A stretch of DNA of 63,179 nt, the filler included, from Intoshia linei (taxonomy: Eukaryota; Animalia; Orthonectida), in the NCBI GenBank assembly GCA_001642005.1. It is 7 parts of 7 records of this genome, joined end to end, with 100 filler letters (N's around TTAATTAATTAA, not from the genome) between each part and the next. Parts side by side here need not be neighbours in the genome. Positions count along the whole stretch, not along the records: positions 61,103 to 63,179 come from LWCA01002420.1; 6 more parts are not named here. One strand, 5' to 3'. Shown in pieces: positions 62,662 through 63,179 of this stretch. The notes under the pieces are model-generated. The model was not told where the DNA came from, did not search any database, and saw nothing but the letters and a program-made list of their open reading frames with translations. Within the stretch, counting starts at the first letter, position 1. Each line of letters starts with the position of its first letter. The position numbers were made by a program, and so were the translations under genes.

Positions 62662-63179
62662 CAAGGACAGCTTAAACCAGGTCGGAATACGAGACATTCT
62701 AGTAAAAAAGATTGTAGGCGATATTTTTTTTTGCTCTAAGATATATAATATGTTTGTCATCGGAAATTACTCTTTCATCGAATACACACTTGTCTATATT
62801 TCGTAAAAATAAAAAAATAACGCGCTTACAGTCAATATTCGTAAAGATATAATGATTTATAATAAAGTTACAATAAAAACCACATTACTTATGAAACGAG
62901 CTAATAAATAATACCGCGTTTAACATTTAAATAACATTTAATCTTTTTTCAGCTATTTTCTATTTATTATGCCACGAAAGTGTTCCTCAGCAAATTGTCG
63001 TACGAATTATAATGAAGGATCTGAGAAGGTAAAAACCTATGGATTTCCATCTAATGAAAAGTATAATGGATAAGTGCTATGTCTAATGTTTTTTCTGATG
63101 GTGTTACAAAAAATGTGTGTGTGACAAACACTGGCCGGAGAATTATCCTACTAAAAAAGTATATGGTAGATTTAGGCCA
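62662..63179 (+). mobile_element. Second copy of the P-like/THAP element 5' end
   Basis: Near-identical to 46141-46660; ATG at 62969 MPRKCSSANCRTNY; deletions and frameshifts; runs off the window. Confidence 0.82.

Overview
AT-rich, intron-dense eukaryotic (animal) genomic DNA, with many 29-45 nt introns. An orthonectid-like compact parasite genome is plausible but unverified. The window is seven segments joined by six identical 100-nt linkers (N44-TTAATTAATTAA-N44), so adjacency across a linker is not assured. Genes reconstructed by hand: a degenerate DPF/PHF10-type double-PHD fragment with a candidate intronic H/ACA snoRNA; the 3' part of a multi-exon non-muscle/smooth-type myosin II heavy chain (- strand, 2891-15772, N-terminal motor exons missing); three tandem rhodopsin-like GPCR paralogues (two intact, one TE-disrupted pseudogene); two tandem, essentially intronless, C-terminally truncated RRP6/EXOSC10 exonuclease paralogues; a very divergent ryanodine-receptor-like segment (DR2-SPRY3-junctional solenoid); and a damaged FCHo F-BAR gene. 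The remainder is a varied set of DNA-transposon relics: hAT (Buster, Ac, Tip100-like), Tc1 (one with an intron), Tigger/pogo, P/THAP, Chapaev-3, a piggyBac MITE, Helitron-like repeats, Gypsy/Ginger integrases (one next to a PHD finger), and a 2.3-kb foldback element in a myosin intron. All homology calls come from motif recognition by eye, not database searches.
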